64,000 nt of DNA, taken from NCBI RefSeq assembly GCF_009914755.1, contig NC_060929.1. One strand, 5' to 3'. Shown one piece after another: positions 46,789 through 61,179 of the stretch. The position numbers and the translations under genes are program-made. The DNA is from the human T2T-CHM13v2.0 reference genome, Homo sapiens. Under the pieces are notes generated by a model, which was given only the letters and a program-made list of their open reading frames with translations, had not been told where the DNA came from and did not search any database. The number at the start of each line of letters is the position of its first letter. The stretch's first letter is position 1.

Positions 46789-49700
46789 TTTGCTTTACAG
46801 ATAAATTCACACTTGGAAAAATATACTCATTAGGCAAAGCATATTCCAAAGAAAAGAGTCTGCTAAACATTTTAAACACACATTCAATGAAATATCTCTT
46901 TGACCTAAAATTGTTCATGTTATGAGCTAAAAGTTGCTATTAAGAACTACCTGGTCATGACAAAGTCTTTTTTTTCATAAAAGATAGGAGATGAGGCAAA
47001 GCTTTCACCATTGCTAGAATCTCAGCAGTCTATACAGGAACTGCTGCCCTCCTTGCACTTCTCTCAATAAAGCAAAACAAGGGAAGCCTTCTGGGAGTGA
47101 TTGATAAAGATAGATAGAGACCCAGTTATCACAGGTTTATCTTCTAACTTGTACACAAACTAGTATAAGGATTATGTTGCCCAAAGAGAACATGTGGATG
47201 CTACCTGCAGATATGCTACATATATTATTGGATTTTTCTAAAAGAATATAAAGAACGAAGTATAATTTTCCTGGCAGTTTGCTTAAACAATTCACCAAAA
47301 TAGCCAGTTAGTACAGATAACTGAAGAAAAAAGCCAGTGAAAGGAATCTAAATATTGTACAGACTAGATAAGTGACATCCTGCATGTTCATCTTTCTGGT
47401 CATATACATTATTCCCAGAGTACTTTCCAGCCTTTGTTTAAAACACAAAAACATGGATTGGAGAAATCCTCCATCACATGCCCACCTCCCTACCAAGGCT
47501 TATAAGGGACTCCAAGGAAGTCAACATTTCATTTTAACATAATTATAAAAGACAATATTTGAAGCAATTACTTCTCTACTCTAGGAAGACGGTATAAGGA
47601 ATTTCCTAAAGATAATTCTGAAGCGTACATTAAGTTATAACACAAGGGTATTTTCTAAAAGGAATTAACATTGTTTTCCTTTTTTGCTATCCATATAAAA
47701 GTTTCAGTCCAGCAAAGCTAAATGAATAACCACAAAAATTACCATAAGTGCTTTCTCAACTGGTAGTTGATCTCACAAATTGGTTTTGGAGTGCATAGCT
47801 AGATGTACTAAAAAAATGCACTAGATCATTCAACAAACATTTAAAAATGTGATACTTCTCTCATCTAAAAATAATTATATAATATTTACTAAGATAACTA
47901 CATAAAATTACCAAAGGGGGAAGGACTGATTTAAAGCTAATACAATGTATTCTTCTGGGAAATCCCATCATATTTCTCAATTAATATATTTAGAAGGGAC
48001 AAAACATTAAACTGCTGTTTGAAACGAACCGATTGTAAAATGCAGAACCATTTAAGCATTTAGTTTATTTTTTTAAGTGACCTCTAAATATTTTCCATTG
48101 ATGAATTTCTAATTGTTTTTGGCCTAAGTAGTCTGAAAACAATACACAGATTTAGGGTTGCAACTAAAAAAACAGGGGAGGATTTCTAAGTGAATGCTTT
48201 TGAATCCTTTGTTCTCATTATACATCAGAATGTCTGTGTACAGCAGTTAAGGCATAAAGGAAAGTAAAAATGCAGTTGAATCTCAATACTGTATTTTGCT
48301 TTTCAGAACTGCAATTCTTCAATTTACATTAGGCATTTAAGATTGTTCAGGAAGCAAACTAAAATAATAAAACAAAATGTCCTTAAATGTAATCTCCTTT
48401 ACTTCTACATCACGCCAGTGTGCTACTGGGTATATTATATATCCTCCCAATATATATTTAAGGAGGTGGTATGGGTCCAATAGTAAGAAAATTTTCTTAT
48501 TTTTTCCTGACAATATTCTGCTAAAAATCATTTGAATATGCTGCACTGTGATGCATTACAAGTTTGGTAGATATCAGTATTCAAAGTTATTTAAACAAAT
48601 ACTCCATTGATGGTATAAAAATAAATCCTTCAAAATGCATAAGACCAAATATATCTATATTTGCTATTTTTACATGTTTTTAAAGGTACAGTATTAAACA
48701 TAAAGCTGTCCAGGAAAAATTTTCCTCAAAAAGAAACGTACTAAAATTCTATATGTAGATTCTTGGCAATATTGTTCATAATCATAGTACAAATGGTTCA
48801 TAATCACAGTACAAATGTGAAGCCCTTCAAAAATAACATCAGTTGTGAGCTGGCTAAAAGCTAGGAGCTGAATTCTGGCGGATAATGAGGGCTTCTTATA
48901 TTTACTCTCTATACTTTTCTGCATTTCTGAAGATTTTTAGCCAAGAAATGGCTAACAAAATTCAAATAATGGAAGTCTATATATTTTAAAAACATTTTTA
49001 AAAATCTGAATCATCCACAGATTTAAAGGGAGGTAAGGAATCATGACTACTTGGACAACCAAGACTGAAATAAGTTTTCTAATTTTTTTAGAATTCAAGT
49101 AAATCTCTAAAACAAAGGGGAACTTGTCCTTCAAAAAGAAAGAAACAAAGCAAACGACGAACACTCCAATCTGAAAAATCCTCAGAGTAACAGAAAATGA
49201 ATCTTTTAAAATGTGTTGTGATTGGCTCCCAGGTTCAAGCGAGTGGCTCAAATACCAAAAATCTGTGAAGTGATGTTTCATTTAGGACTGAATAAGGTTT
49301 TTCTACCTCCTTCTATTGTGGAGACAGGATCACAATGCTAATGTTACCACAGGGCATGCAAAAAGCCTGCCAAGCATGGACACAATCTTATTGAATTGTT
49401 TATTAATTCATTTCTTGAGATTCACAAAACAGTGTAATAAAAACTTTGTTCAGTTTTGCAAGTATAATAGACAATCAAGTTTTCACTTTAGTATCACTTA
49501 CATAGTTAAGTAATGTCAATTTTTAATGTCACCTAGGGCTTTATAGCTAAAGGTGAAAAAAACGTATTCCTCGTCAGGTTAAAGTAGTATAGATTTTTAG
49601 AAACAGCCACAAATTAATTTTATAAACTTTATGTGCAACATACTAACTGGAATCCATAAATCAGTATAAGTAATTTGGCCCAATAATTTATTTGCAATGA

Positions 49701-49983
49701 ATGTATTTAATTACCATATATTTTTCAAGCACAATTCAAACATATACCACATGACAAACAGAAGAACTACTGCGTATCTAAAAAAGCTATTTTAACACTC
49801 AAACTACAACTGATGAAAGTTATACAATCTTATCTTGACCACTATTAACACGTATTTCTTCCTAGTTCATGTGTAAGGAAAGAATACATAACTGATAGTT
49901 TGAACAAATTACAGTAGAGTCTAAGCTTTCTAAATAATTTTGTAATCAGAGTAAGGAGTTTTCAAAAGCTAAGTAAGTCTTAC

Positions 49984-50031
49984 CTTTATGTAGCCCCAAG
50001 ACACTGACAGTAAATAGTTTGCTTCAGGCAT
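49984..50031 (-). CDS. PDE4D: Alternative first coding exon of supershort isoform PDE4D6 (48 nt)
   Basis: ATG CCT GAA GCA AAC TAT TTA CTG TCA GTG TCT TGG GGC TAC ATA AAG|GTAAGA = MPEANYLLSVSWGYIK; phase-0 donor matches the FKRML exon; summed CDS is 1557 nt = 518 aa. Confidence 0.95.
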
Positions 50032-50042
50032 TTTTGATTGAT

Positions 50043-50078
50043 TATATGTATATATATATATGTATATGTATATATATA
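50043..50078. repeat. (TA)n/(TATG) compound microsatellite
   Basis: tatatgtatatatatatatgtatatgtatatatata. Confidence 0.9.
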
Positions 50079-50479
50079 GTAAGCTCTAAAATGTATTTAG
50101 CTTCAAAATCTCGACACTTTAACAACCTCCACAAGCCACGCAGAGTATGAGTTTTTAAAGATTTTTGGTAATTAAGTATACATAAGAAAGCCTCGCATTA
50201 AATCCCATCCAGCCGTCTTCCCATCGAATACATGCCATTTGTAAGACTCCAGAATGGCACAAAATTCAGCAACTATTCTGAATAAAGAAAATCCACGTGA
50301 TAAAGGAATATCTAAAGATCTAAGGGTCTGCATCTTTCTCTCCCGAGCTCCAGGGCTTAATGAATAATGTATGTCAAGATGCTTAGTTGCAAGAAAGGCT
50401 AGTCCTGTCAAAAGCTACCAAATAAGGAACTGCAGGGAAGCCGGGAAGAGTGACAAGAAGCCCCTCCCATAAAACCCCA

Positions 50480-50600
50480 ACTCTGCACCAATTGCATTCC
50501 AGCTCTTAGCCTATAAGGCGAGGGGGTGTGGCCTCGGTGCAGGCTGCTTTGGGATTGGTTGGCAAGGGCCAGCCTCTGGGGAGGCTTTCTCCTCACCCGA
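50480..50600 (-). promoter_or_regulatory. PDE4D: Candidate internal promoter for PDE4D6
   Basis: On the minus strand, in order: CCAAT (50554-50558), CCACACCC KLF/Sp box (50524-50531), TATA-like CTTATAG (50511-50517); local rise in GC/CpG within a very AT-rich intron. Confidence 0.6.
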
Positions 50601-51068
50601 CAAACGCCATTGAATAATGGTATCCCTGCAGCTCTGAGGCCACCCTGAGAAAAGATGAACGGGGCTTCCCTCTTGCAGTGATGAATAATGACCATAAAAC
50701 TCCTCAAAATTCGTAGTTCATTCTTAAGAATTGCCCATCCTTTTGGAGGGCATTTTCTATGAATTTTAATGTCCTCTGGCTTCCCTTCCTTCCAAATAAA
50801 AACTGCTCCAAAAATGGCAATCGAGCATTTTAATTGCTTCCCTCTCTCAAATCCAAAACAAGTGGCTCCCTGGTGATGTAGAAATGACTGTAGTTCTCCC
50901 CTCATCCAACATAAAAGCATAGGGATTAAACAATACGACTAATGTCCAGAATTCACAGATGGCACAGATGGCAATGACACATTCCCTCACCTGTGTGGCA
51001 TGGCTGCTCTCAGCTCCTTTTGTTTCTATTGTTATGTATGACAGAGTTCTAAAACCTTCAAAATCTAG

Positions 51069-51542
<474 letters not shown>

Positions 51543-52805
51543 TAGGAATCCAGAATTGAGCTCAAGAGTAATCAGACATTTTACGAGGAGGGTTAAATGA
51601 GAAATCAAAGTTCTTTCTAGAAAAACAGCATTTTCTATTTGGTTTGGTGTAGTATTACCCTGTAACTTTAATACTAAAGAGGTCTTGTGGGTGAGAAACA
51701 AGGAAAAACTAGGTTTTAGTTGATTTTGGCATATAATTCTGTGCATTTTACCTCCTCTCCATCTCAAAGCCTGTGCTTACTACTCTGTGCTTTAACTTGC
51801 TGGTATGGCTACTCTGCAGTCTTCCTGACATTTAACTATTTCCACATGTGGCATGTCTGTCTTAGAGAGCATGCTCTCTGATAAGCACTCCTGTAACACT
51901 GTGTCTCTCTGAGTTTCTATTGGCCTTTAGCTGCTACAGTCCTCTGCTTTTGTTAACATCTGTTGTATTCATTTCCATCACTCTTACTCCTCTACAAAAG
52001 GAAGAAATTAAAGCTCCAACATTCCACTAAAGCTACCCCCAGAGGAATACTAAGGTCCTCCTTTTCTCTGGTCTCCCTATTTCTCTGAAGTGTTCCACAT
52101 GTTTGATCATTCCTACTACTCTCCCTCAACTCCCAGGATCCTGAACTTCTTTAATTTTCCCTAGGCCCACAATCTTCAATGACCACTTCTAACTTGAACT
52201 TCAGTGCCATATTTCTGAATACAAGATTCTCCTCTCGAATGCCCTGCTAGTCACGACAAACTTTTTCAAAACTGTGAGACATTTTTCTATTTAAAGTAGT
52301 TCTTAGTATAATTACTTCCATTTCAGTCAGTGAGCCTATATTTCTTCCAGTATCTCAGATGGAATCTATGACTCGTTCCTACCATTCAACAGGTGTTTCA
52401 TGTGCGTCAGACACTGTCAGGTGTTTAATATAAACCATCTAGCTGAATCCTTGAGTAACCCGGCATGTTCCCCTATACGGCATCACCTTCCCTCCTTCAT
52501 TCAACTTTGTTAGCAAGCCCTATCTTTTATCCAGAGCTGTTTCTTTCAGTTTGTTCCTTACCATTACCCCTCCCGTAATCTGAATCCAAATATTTAAAAG
52601 ACTGAGAGAAATAGAAAGTAACTTTAATATCACCCCCTCTAACTCCCTCATTTCCACATAAAGTTGAGACCTAGAGAGAAAAAATGATTTTCCCAGGTTC
52701 ACTCTGGTACTGAGAACAAGAATTGCAAGTTTAAATCTTTTGTGCACAATCACTGACAAATAATCTTTTTAGTGTGTCAGCTTCCTCATCTGTAAAGTGG
52801 ATTAC

Positions 52806-53359
52806 TGTGGCAGGTAGTCTCCAAAGATACTCTTAATGAGCCACACTGTCCTACACTGAATCTGAGTTGGCTTGTGTAACCAACAAGTGATGGTGCATGA
52901 CTGCTGAGGCTAAGTCATAAGAAATCTTGCAGCTCTCATCCTGCTTTCTTTGAATGTGCTATTGGGACCCCTAAGCCATTAGGTTGAAAAAAAAAAAGGT
53001 CTGACTACTCTGAGAGGCTATGCTACAAGAAATCCATGTTAACTTCACAGACAGTGAAGAGAGAAAGCGCAAGAGAGCACTTGCACAAGAAAGAGCACAC
53101 ATGCCTGGCCAGTCTTCAGCAATGCCAGCCACCCCAGCCCAGAGCCAGACCTGAGGGGCAAGAAGCCATCCTAGCCATCCAGCCAGTTCAGCTTTCAGAT
53201 AGCTACCCACTGGGCTGCAACCATATGAGGAATGCCAAGCAAGAATGTCTAGCCAAGACCAGTTAACCCACAAAGCCAAGAAAACTAATAAAAATACATT
53301 CATATTTCAAAGTATTAGGTTTGAAGTGATTTCTTACATAGCAATAAATAACCAGAACA
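52806..53359 (+). mobile_element. MLT1 (G/H-like) MaLR LTR nested inside a MIR
   Basis: 'tgtggcagg..ctccaaagat' to 'gcaataaataaccagaaca'; MIR core 'ttcctcatctgtaaa' on the left resumes as 'gaggattaaatgag..aaagcactt' on the right. Confidence 0.75.
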
Positions 53360-54029
53360 GATACATATGAGGATTAAATGAGACCATATATGCAAAGCAC
53401 TTAAAACAACAAATGGTACAAAGTTGAAGATACGTAGGTATCAGACAGTAAAGATGACAGTGACAATGATCATTATGATAATCATTCTATTATACTAATA
53501 TTTAAAAAAATTCTCTGGTTTGTCATTTGTTTTTAAAATATATATGTTATATTTCCTTTCAATTGCATCACAGCACTCCATGTCTCAGGGCCAAAATGCT
53601 GTAATTGCTTCTTAGCTCATCTTCTTGCCCCTGGCTTTTCCCCTTCTAGTCTCATATTGACCTCTACTGCCAGATCAATTTTCCTCAAATCCAGCCGCAG
53701 CCTGTTACTTCAAAGCTAGTAATGCCTGCTTCATCACATCCCTCTGTAAATTCCAGACTGCCATATCTGACCTTAATCCCCAGCGCCAAGCCTATTTTCA
53801 GCTGCTCTATTACATTTGCTCTGTTCCTGAAAGACTAGTATTCCTCCACCTTCACCATACAGCTGACAATCCCATCTCTGTCTTACCAAATTCTCGGCCT
53901 AAAATACCCTCCTTCTTCTACTCTGCCAACCTCAAACTGGTTTTCTCAGTCAGATTTAAATCATTCAAAGTACATCTTAGGACCAAATATTCCAGCCTTT
54001 TTCCAAATTCTAACGATTCTACATCTGCC

Positions 54030-54390
54030 CCTTCATTCAATATTTATTAAGCTTCTACCCTATGTCAGGCACTGCCTGAGAAAGAGAAACAAAGCTTTCT
54101 CACCTGCAGCTTATATTCCAAAACTAAGTTAATAAATACATAATACGTCATGGGGTGATAAGCACAATGGAGAGAAAGAAGGGATAAGGATTACGGATAG
54201 AGGTTGCTATAAGGTGATCATGGAAAGCCCCTCTGATGAGATGACGTATACCAGGAGATCTGAAGAAAGGAAACAAGCCATGTGGATTGAGGGGTGAGAG
54301 GTAGGGTAGAGAAGGGAAAACCAAGTGAGGAATGGCAAAAGCAAAGGCCTCGAGGCAAAGCATACTTGGTGAGGCTCCCTGAAGAACAGG
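54030..54390 (-). mobile_element. L2 fragment
   Basis: 'cattcaatatttattaagcttctaccctatgtcaggcactg..gcaaaggcctcgaggc'. Confidence 0.7.
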
Positions 54391-54764
54391 TGGAAGTGTC
54401 ATACCACTTGTCATTTAAATGCAAATTACACTCTGCAGTCAGGCTCACTGCCTTCCCCCTCCTTTAAAAAAAAAAATCCATCCATCCATCAATTTTATTC
54501 TTTGACAAACTTAAGACTCAGTTACTTTTTACTTTTTATAACAAGTATTCATCCTGAAATGAAATTCCTAAATACACTTCCTTCATAATACTGTACTGAA
54601 TACATATAGGCTAAATACTCCCTACATAGATTAAAAAAAAAAAAAATCAGTATAATGGCTTATCAGTGAAATAAAGGAGAAATGAGTAATTTCTATCAAA
54701 TACTACAAAATATAAATACTTGTACACAACTACATTTTAAAAAGTAGTCAAAAACTACTATAAC

Positions 54765-54930
54765 TGATTAGCTGTGTGACCTTGGGGAAGCTATTTAAAT
54801 TTCCCATACTTCAGTTTACTCACATGGAAAATGAGAATAATAGTTTCTACCTTACAGGGTTGTTGTGAGGATTAAATTAGTGCATATACATAAGGCTCTT
54901 AGAACAGTAAGTGCTATCTAAGGGTTTGCT
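54765..54930 (+). mobile_element. MIR
   Basis: 'agctgtgtgaccttggg..ttcagttt..aaaatg..acagggttgttgtgaggattaaat'. Confidence 0.8.
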
Positions 54931-56782
54931 ATGATTTCTCTTATGGGGAGAATTACCACAAAAGTAACAGTAGCATGAAAATGAATACAGGGGTGTTATG
55001 TTAGAAGAATTTTCCTTTTTCCTGAAATGATGAATGATTCTTTGAAAGGTTTCAAATGTAACAAAGTGCCACCTTCACAATATACACTATTGCTGCATTA
55101 CTAGAAAATTTGGTGTGGATTAAAACCATGTAAAAATATTTAATACTTATACGTAAAAAGTAGTTGGGTTCTAGGCTCAGAGAATTATAAATGCATTTTG
55201 TTTTTTCACCTATGTGAATAGCTGCTGGGACTTTTTGGAAGTTGTGTGGGACACACAGCAAACCTCCCTGGTGAAAGGCTGTCCCATGTATCCCAGGACA
55301 TCTAGCCTCCCTGGCCTCTGCCCACCAAGCACCAGGAGTACTCCCCAGTCACTGTCCCCTGAAATTTCCTGAATGTTCCCCAGTGTTAAGAATCACTGTT
55401 CTATTTTTTTCAACTGTCTTCAACTTTGACTCCTCATCCAGGGTGGAGGATCTTTGAGGCCAGAAAAGTATCTTATTATGTCCCTGTATTTCTCAAGGTA
55501 GTGTACTATTGCCACAAAAAGATTGTTGGCTGATGCAGATGCAAAACATCAATATTTTTATACTGATTATAGGTGACAGGAAAGGACAAGGGTTTTCACC
55601 CTCAGCAAAATCATCAAAAACATTTAAAACAGATTACATATAGTAGATAATACTCCTTGTCTTAAAACATTATGCAGAAACACACATACAGTTTCCCTTC
55701 CCTCTAAAATCTGCAGCCTCTTCTCCCTGCTGAATGTGAGTGATGGTCCCTTCATTCAACAGACTTCTATTTGGCAACTATTATGTGCCAGGCATTCTAA
55801 TAGGTGCTGGATGTGAAAGGATTTAACTTATTCAAATAAGTCCCTAATTTGCTGCAATAAGGGAGATTATTTAATCATATTGAGTAAAAAGTACCAAGGA
55901 AAGTTTCCATATTTCTAGGGAATAAGAAATCTTTTCAAAAATCTCTGAGCCAAATTAAAATTCATTTCATTTTCCCTAATCTCCATTTCTAGGAGACTAG
56001 AATCTCCTTCCTATTGCCACGGTAGCTGCTATCTGCAGAGAGAATCTAGATAATTTAGAAGAGAAATTTGAATAGGGCCAGAGAGATACAATTCTTATAG
56101 TCCGACTTGGCTTCACCAAATTTAATGAAGAAACTTTAATAAGTTACAACATTTACTAGGCACCTACTATGCACAAAGAACTTTACATACCTCATTTCTA
56201 ATCTTGGCAACATTCTGATAAGATAAATATTATCCCTATTTTAACATGAAAAGATGGACCTTCTTACATATTCAATAACTTGCGCCATAGGTGACAGGAT
56301 TGAAATGCAAACCCAGTCCTTGCTCTTAATGGTGTATGACAGCTCATCATATAATTAGGCTGATGCAAACTCTATGATAAACAGTATGAATCTAGGAGTG
56401 GATTTGTTTATCCTCAATCTTTTTGCTAACTTTACAGTGCCTTGAATTAAAGAATCGTGGTTACTATCACCATGGTCAGATCTCTGGACAGGGTGAGGAA
56501 GCAGGTGCCCACAGGCAGACAGCCCTGCCATATAGTGAGACACGCTTATGTTTGGGAGCGCTATGTGAACAACACACAGCTGCCCTCATATGCAGATGTA
56601 ATGATGACGACACATTCAGACAAGGAACTGAGGTCCAGAAAAGTTCTGACAACACAACTTGAGGGACAGCGTTACAGCTAGAGCTCAGGTTTCTTATCTG
56701 TAATCCACTGCTCTCAAATGCCCAAATGATTTTATATACATATATGCAAGTGTGTTTGTTGAAATAGAAAAAATAGTTTCTT

Positions 56783-57098
56783 GGCCTGGTGAAGTGCCTC
56801 ATGCCTGTAATCCCAACATTTTGGGAGGCCAATGCGGGAGGATTGCTTGAGGCCAGGAGGTCGAGACCAGCCTGGGCAACATAGAGAAACCACCGTCTCT
56901 ACAAAAAATTTAAAAATTAGCCAGGTGTGGTGGCATGTGCTTGTAGTTCCAGATACTACTGAGGTGGGAGGTGGGAGGTGCTGAGGTGGGAGGATGGCTT
57001 GAGGCCAGGAGTTTAAGGCTGCAGTGAGCTATGATTGCACCACTGTACTCCAGCCTGGATGACAGAGCAAGACCTTGTCTCAAAAAAGAAAAAAAAAA
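56783..57098 (+). mobile_element. AluJ with internal (GAGGTGG) expansion
   Basis: J-type arms; 'gaggtgggaggtgggaggtgctgaggtgggagg' at ~56961-56993. Confidence 0.92.
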
Positions 57099-58979
57099 TT
57101 CCCATAATGTTCAGTTAGTTCTCTTTTTCAGACTTTTCCTAGAAATACCCCTCAGAATTTCTAGAGGCCACTTCCCTGCTATTCCTTGTTTTCTCAGTCC
57201 TTACCAGATACCCAAGCAATTAACAATCTTTTTGAACTATTTCAGTACATTTCAGGATATTTGAAATTCTGCTGATGGAGCTGAACTGCTGATACATTAA
57301 CACATGCTGTCATTATTGACTTTGTAACAGAGGTCAAGAGAGAAAAGATGCATTTTTGAATAGGGAAAAACAAAACTAAATTATGGGGAAACTAAGGCTC
57401 AGAGAGGTCAAGTTGTCTTGCTCAAGGTCACAAAGCCAGTAGTAAGTAACAGGGCCAGGATTTGAACCCAGACTGTCTGGTTTCAGAGTACTCTAAATTG
57501 CCAAAAAAAGAAAACTATTTCAGGCATTATTTTATATTTAGCCTAGAGCCTACATAATAGATCCGTTAATATAATCAATTCTAAGCTGTATATTATATTA
57601 CTGTGTTTGAAATATTTAAGAAATATTGTTTAAAATAAGTGTATTAGCTCTTGGACCTCTCCAACATAAGGAGTTTTCCAGGCAGTAGCACTGTTTGCAG
57701 TAGGACTTACATTATTGGAAAATATTTTATCCTATAATCAATCTACATTTATTTTACACCTTTCACCTTAAAATTAAAAGTCGTGGTAGTTATTAATCAA
57801 GAAGCAAATCTATATAACGTGGTCTCTCATATATCCAGTACTGTTCAGCTTGAACAAATGCAAATCTAATTTTTAAATGTCCCTTGAAGAATTCTGAGGC
57901 AAAGTTAAACTTCAAGTATTAAACAGAATAGCCACAGAAAACTAGTGTTTCTCAGCCTCCCTTTGCTTTCAAATGCCTTAAAAATATTTTAGAGGCAGAC
58001 AATAATCTAGAATTGATTCATAACCAATATTTTACATAACAGAATGTTACATGTATTTTCATATTATAAAAACTATACTTTCTTTGATTAATGCTAGTAT
58101 TCTGAAAACATCGTTAGTGCCAGTAAATCCACTAAATCTGTTTGTATTTACTGCCCTCTAGTGATAATGGCTCTACATTTGATTAAGAAAAAACTATTCC
58201 TTTCAGTAAATGAAAACATCTCTTGTAAGTTTTATGGAGATTTGAGATTAAGAGGAACTCCAGGCTGCTTTTTTAAAACCAAATAATCATCTGAACAAGC
58301 TGAGAATCGTTCTCTAAATGATCTTATTTTAATTTTTTTTTAACAAAAAAGTCTCATTTAAAATAGTAAACACCTGCAACATGTATGGAGAAAGGAAACC
58401 ATTTTTGCTAAGAGGCTCCTTGAAGCTGAAATAACATGAGACTGATCTGATAGCTGTATTTATATTTCTCTTCTACATGGGCTAACTCTCTTATTAGATG
58501 TTAGCATAGTATTCTGTAATTGTTGATACAGTTTGAATTCATATACGGTAGGGACAGAGTTTTGTATAACTATTTAGTCAATTTACCTAAAACCAGCAGC
58601 AGCAGCATATCTACTACAGACTTTTGTTTCACTGAAGAATAATCATGACAATAAATGGGTGCAAAAACTTCACATAAATGAAGCCTCCACAAAAATAATC
58701 TTGTATGAAAAAGTATTTTCTCCTTATAGAGAAAATTAGGATCTCCAATTCACTTAAATTGGCCTAAATGAATACCATAATCATCATAAAATAGTTACTA
58801 ATGTCCCCTCTGTACTTCGTGGTATGCTTTGTGGAAACAATTTAAACAAAGAGAATATCTGTCTCCTAAAGTAATAATAACTAGTGTAAATAGGCATGCT
58901 TCCAGAAATATATAATCTTTTACACATATCACTTTAATATGGGCATCTTAAAATAATTTTAAGTAATAAAATTTGAGCT

Positions 58980-60300
58980 ATAAAAGAGAAATGATATTCT
59001 TTTCAACAAAGAATGCTTGAACAATTGAGCATCCACTCATAAAACAAGAAACTTCAACCTTTATCCTGCACCACACTAACATCTACTTGAAATGAATCAT
59101 AGAACTAAATGTAAAATCTAAAACTAAAGAACTTCTAGAAGAAAACACAGTAGAAAGTAGTTGTGATCTTGCGTTAGGCAAAGATTTCTTAAACCACAAA
59201 AGCATGAAGCATAAAATAAAAAATGGTATACTGGACTTTACCAAATTTCTCTTTGAAAAAAACTGTTAAGAAAACAGAACAACAAGCCACAGACTTGAGA
59301 AGGGAATATGTACAAAATGCATATCAAATAAAGGACTTGTATCCAGAAATTATTTTTTAAAAAATCTTTACAACACAGTAAGAGGACAATCCAGTGAAAA
59401 GATGGTCAAAAGATTTGAACAAACAAACACTTCATAAGAATCAAAAAGATCAATAAGCATGTGAAAAGATCCACGACCATCATTAGACATTAGGGAAACA
59501 AAAAGTAAAACCACAGTGAGATGCCACACTACATACTTACTAGAATGTATAAAATACAAAATACAAACAATACAAAATGCTGGCCTGGATGCAGAGCAAA
59601 TTAAATTCTCATACATTGCTAGTGAGAATGCAAAATGGTATAGAAACTTTGGAAAAAGGTTTGACAGTTTCTTATAAAGTTAAAAAGTAGAGTGACCATA
59701 TGACCCAGCAATCCTACTTCTAAGTATCTACCCATGAGAAATGAAAACATATGTCTATATAAAGACCTATATGAAAATGTTTATAGCAACTCTCTATAGC
59801 AGAAACCCAGAAACAGTTCAGATATCAGTCAACTGGTGAATGGGTAAACAAATTGTGTCCATAAAATGACATACTGGAAAAAAATGAAATACTAAAAAGC
59901 AATAAAATGAAACAAATTACCAATAGATGCAATAACACAAAATGTATTATAAGTGAAACTTATAATTCAACTCAAAACTCAAAAGTATTGTAAGTGAAAG
60001 AAGCCATTCACAAAAGGCTATATCTTTAATGTATTATTCATTCTGGCAAGGCAAAACCATAGGGACAATCAGCACTGGACGTGGGGTTTGGGGAATGACT
60101 ATAAAAAGCAAGAGAAAACTTTTTGGGTGGTATAAATATCCTATATTATATAGTACATATATATTATAATTACACATTACCTATATATCTAGATTATGGT
60201 GGTGGTTATCCAATTGTACACATTTGTGAAAATGCATTCAACTATACCTCTAGAAAGAGTAACTCTTATGTAAATTATACCTCAAAAATCTAACTTTGAA
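58980..60300 (+). mobile_element. Ancient L1M (MC/MD-like) ORF2 end and 3'UTR
   Basis: 'ttaggcaaagatttctta', 'tgacccagcaatcctacttctaagtatctaccca', 'atgtaaattatacctcaa'. Confidence 0.8.
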
Positions 60301-60543
60301 AAATATTAGCTGATGTTATCAAATTATTTCAATTCCAGATTTGCTTAACTTTACAACTTTGCCCAAAGATAAATGCAAAACAAAAACCTCAGGCATAGTT
60401 ATGTATGATAAAACACCATTTTTACCCTTTCAAAGAGCTCCACCATTATTTCCCAGAAAATAGGCATACAGTTATCCAAGGTCCACATTAGCTTTAATGA
60501 TACAACATTCAGTGAATTCCCAGTTGTGAAAAGCCTTTAGGTT

Positions 60544-60880
<337 letters not shown>

Positions 60881-61179
60881 TTAAGTATTATTATTTTATT
60901 TTTTTTTAATTCTTTGTAATAAAAAGTTCCATAAAGTAAAATATTGTCCTTTTTTGTTTTATTTTTATTTGTATCAATTCAAGGGGACAGGTGCAGTTTG
61001 TTACCTGGACCTGATTTTTAAATAAATCAAACTCAGTTTAGTTATTTCATGGTGATCCTGGGAGACTGTTTGTCAGTCATCATCGAATAGCGAATGAGTA
61101 TCCTTTGTATGCTCATTCTAGGCTGTAAGTACCATGTCAGCTGATGGAGACACAAAAATCCAATAAAGTAGGTATAGCT

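Noticed and set aside
50509-50519. CArG/SRF box gcctataaggc
   Set aside because: Only five A/T between CC and GG whereas CArG needs six; treated as TATA-like instead.
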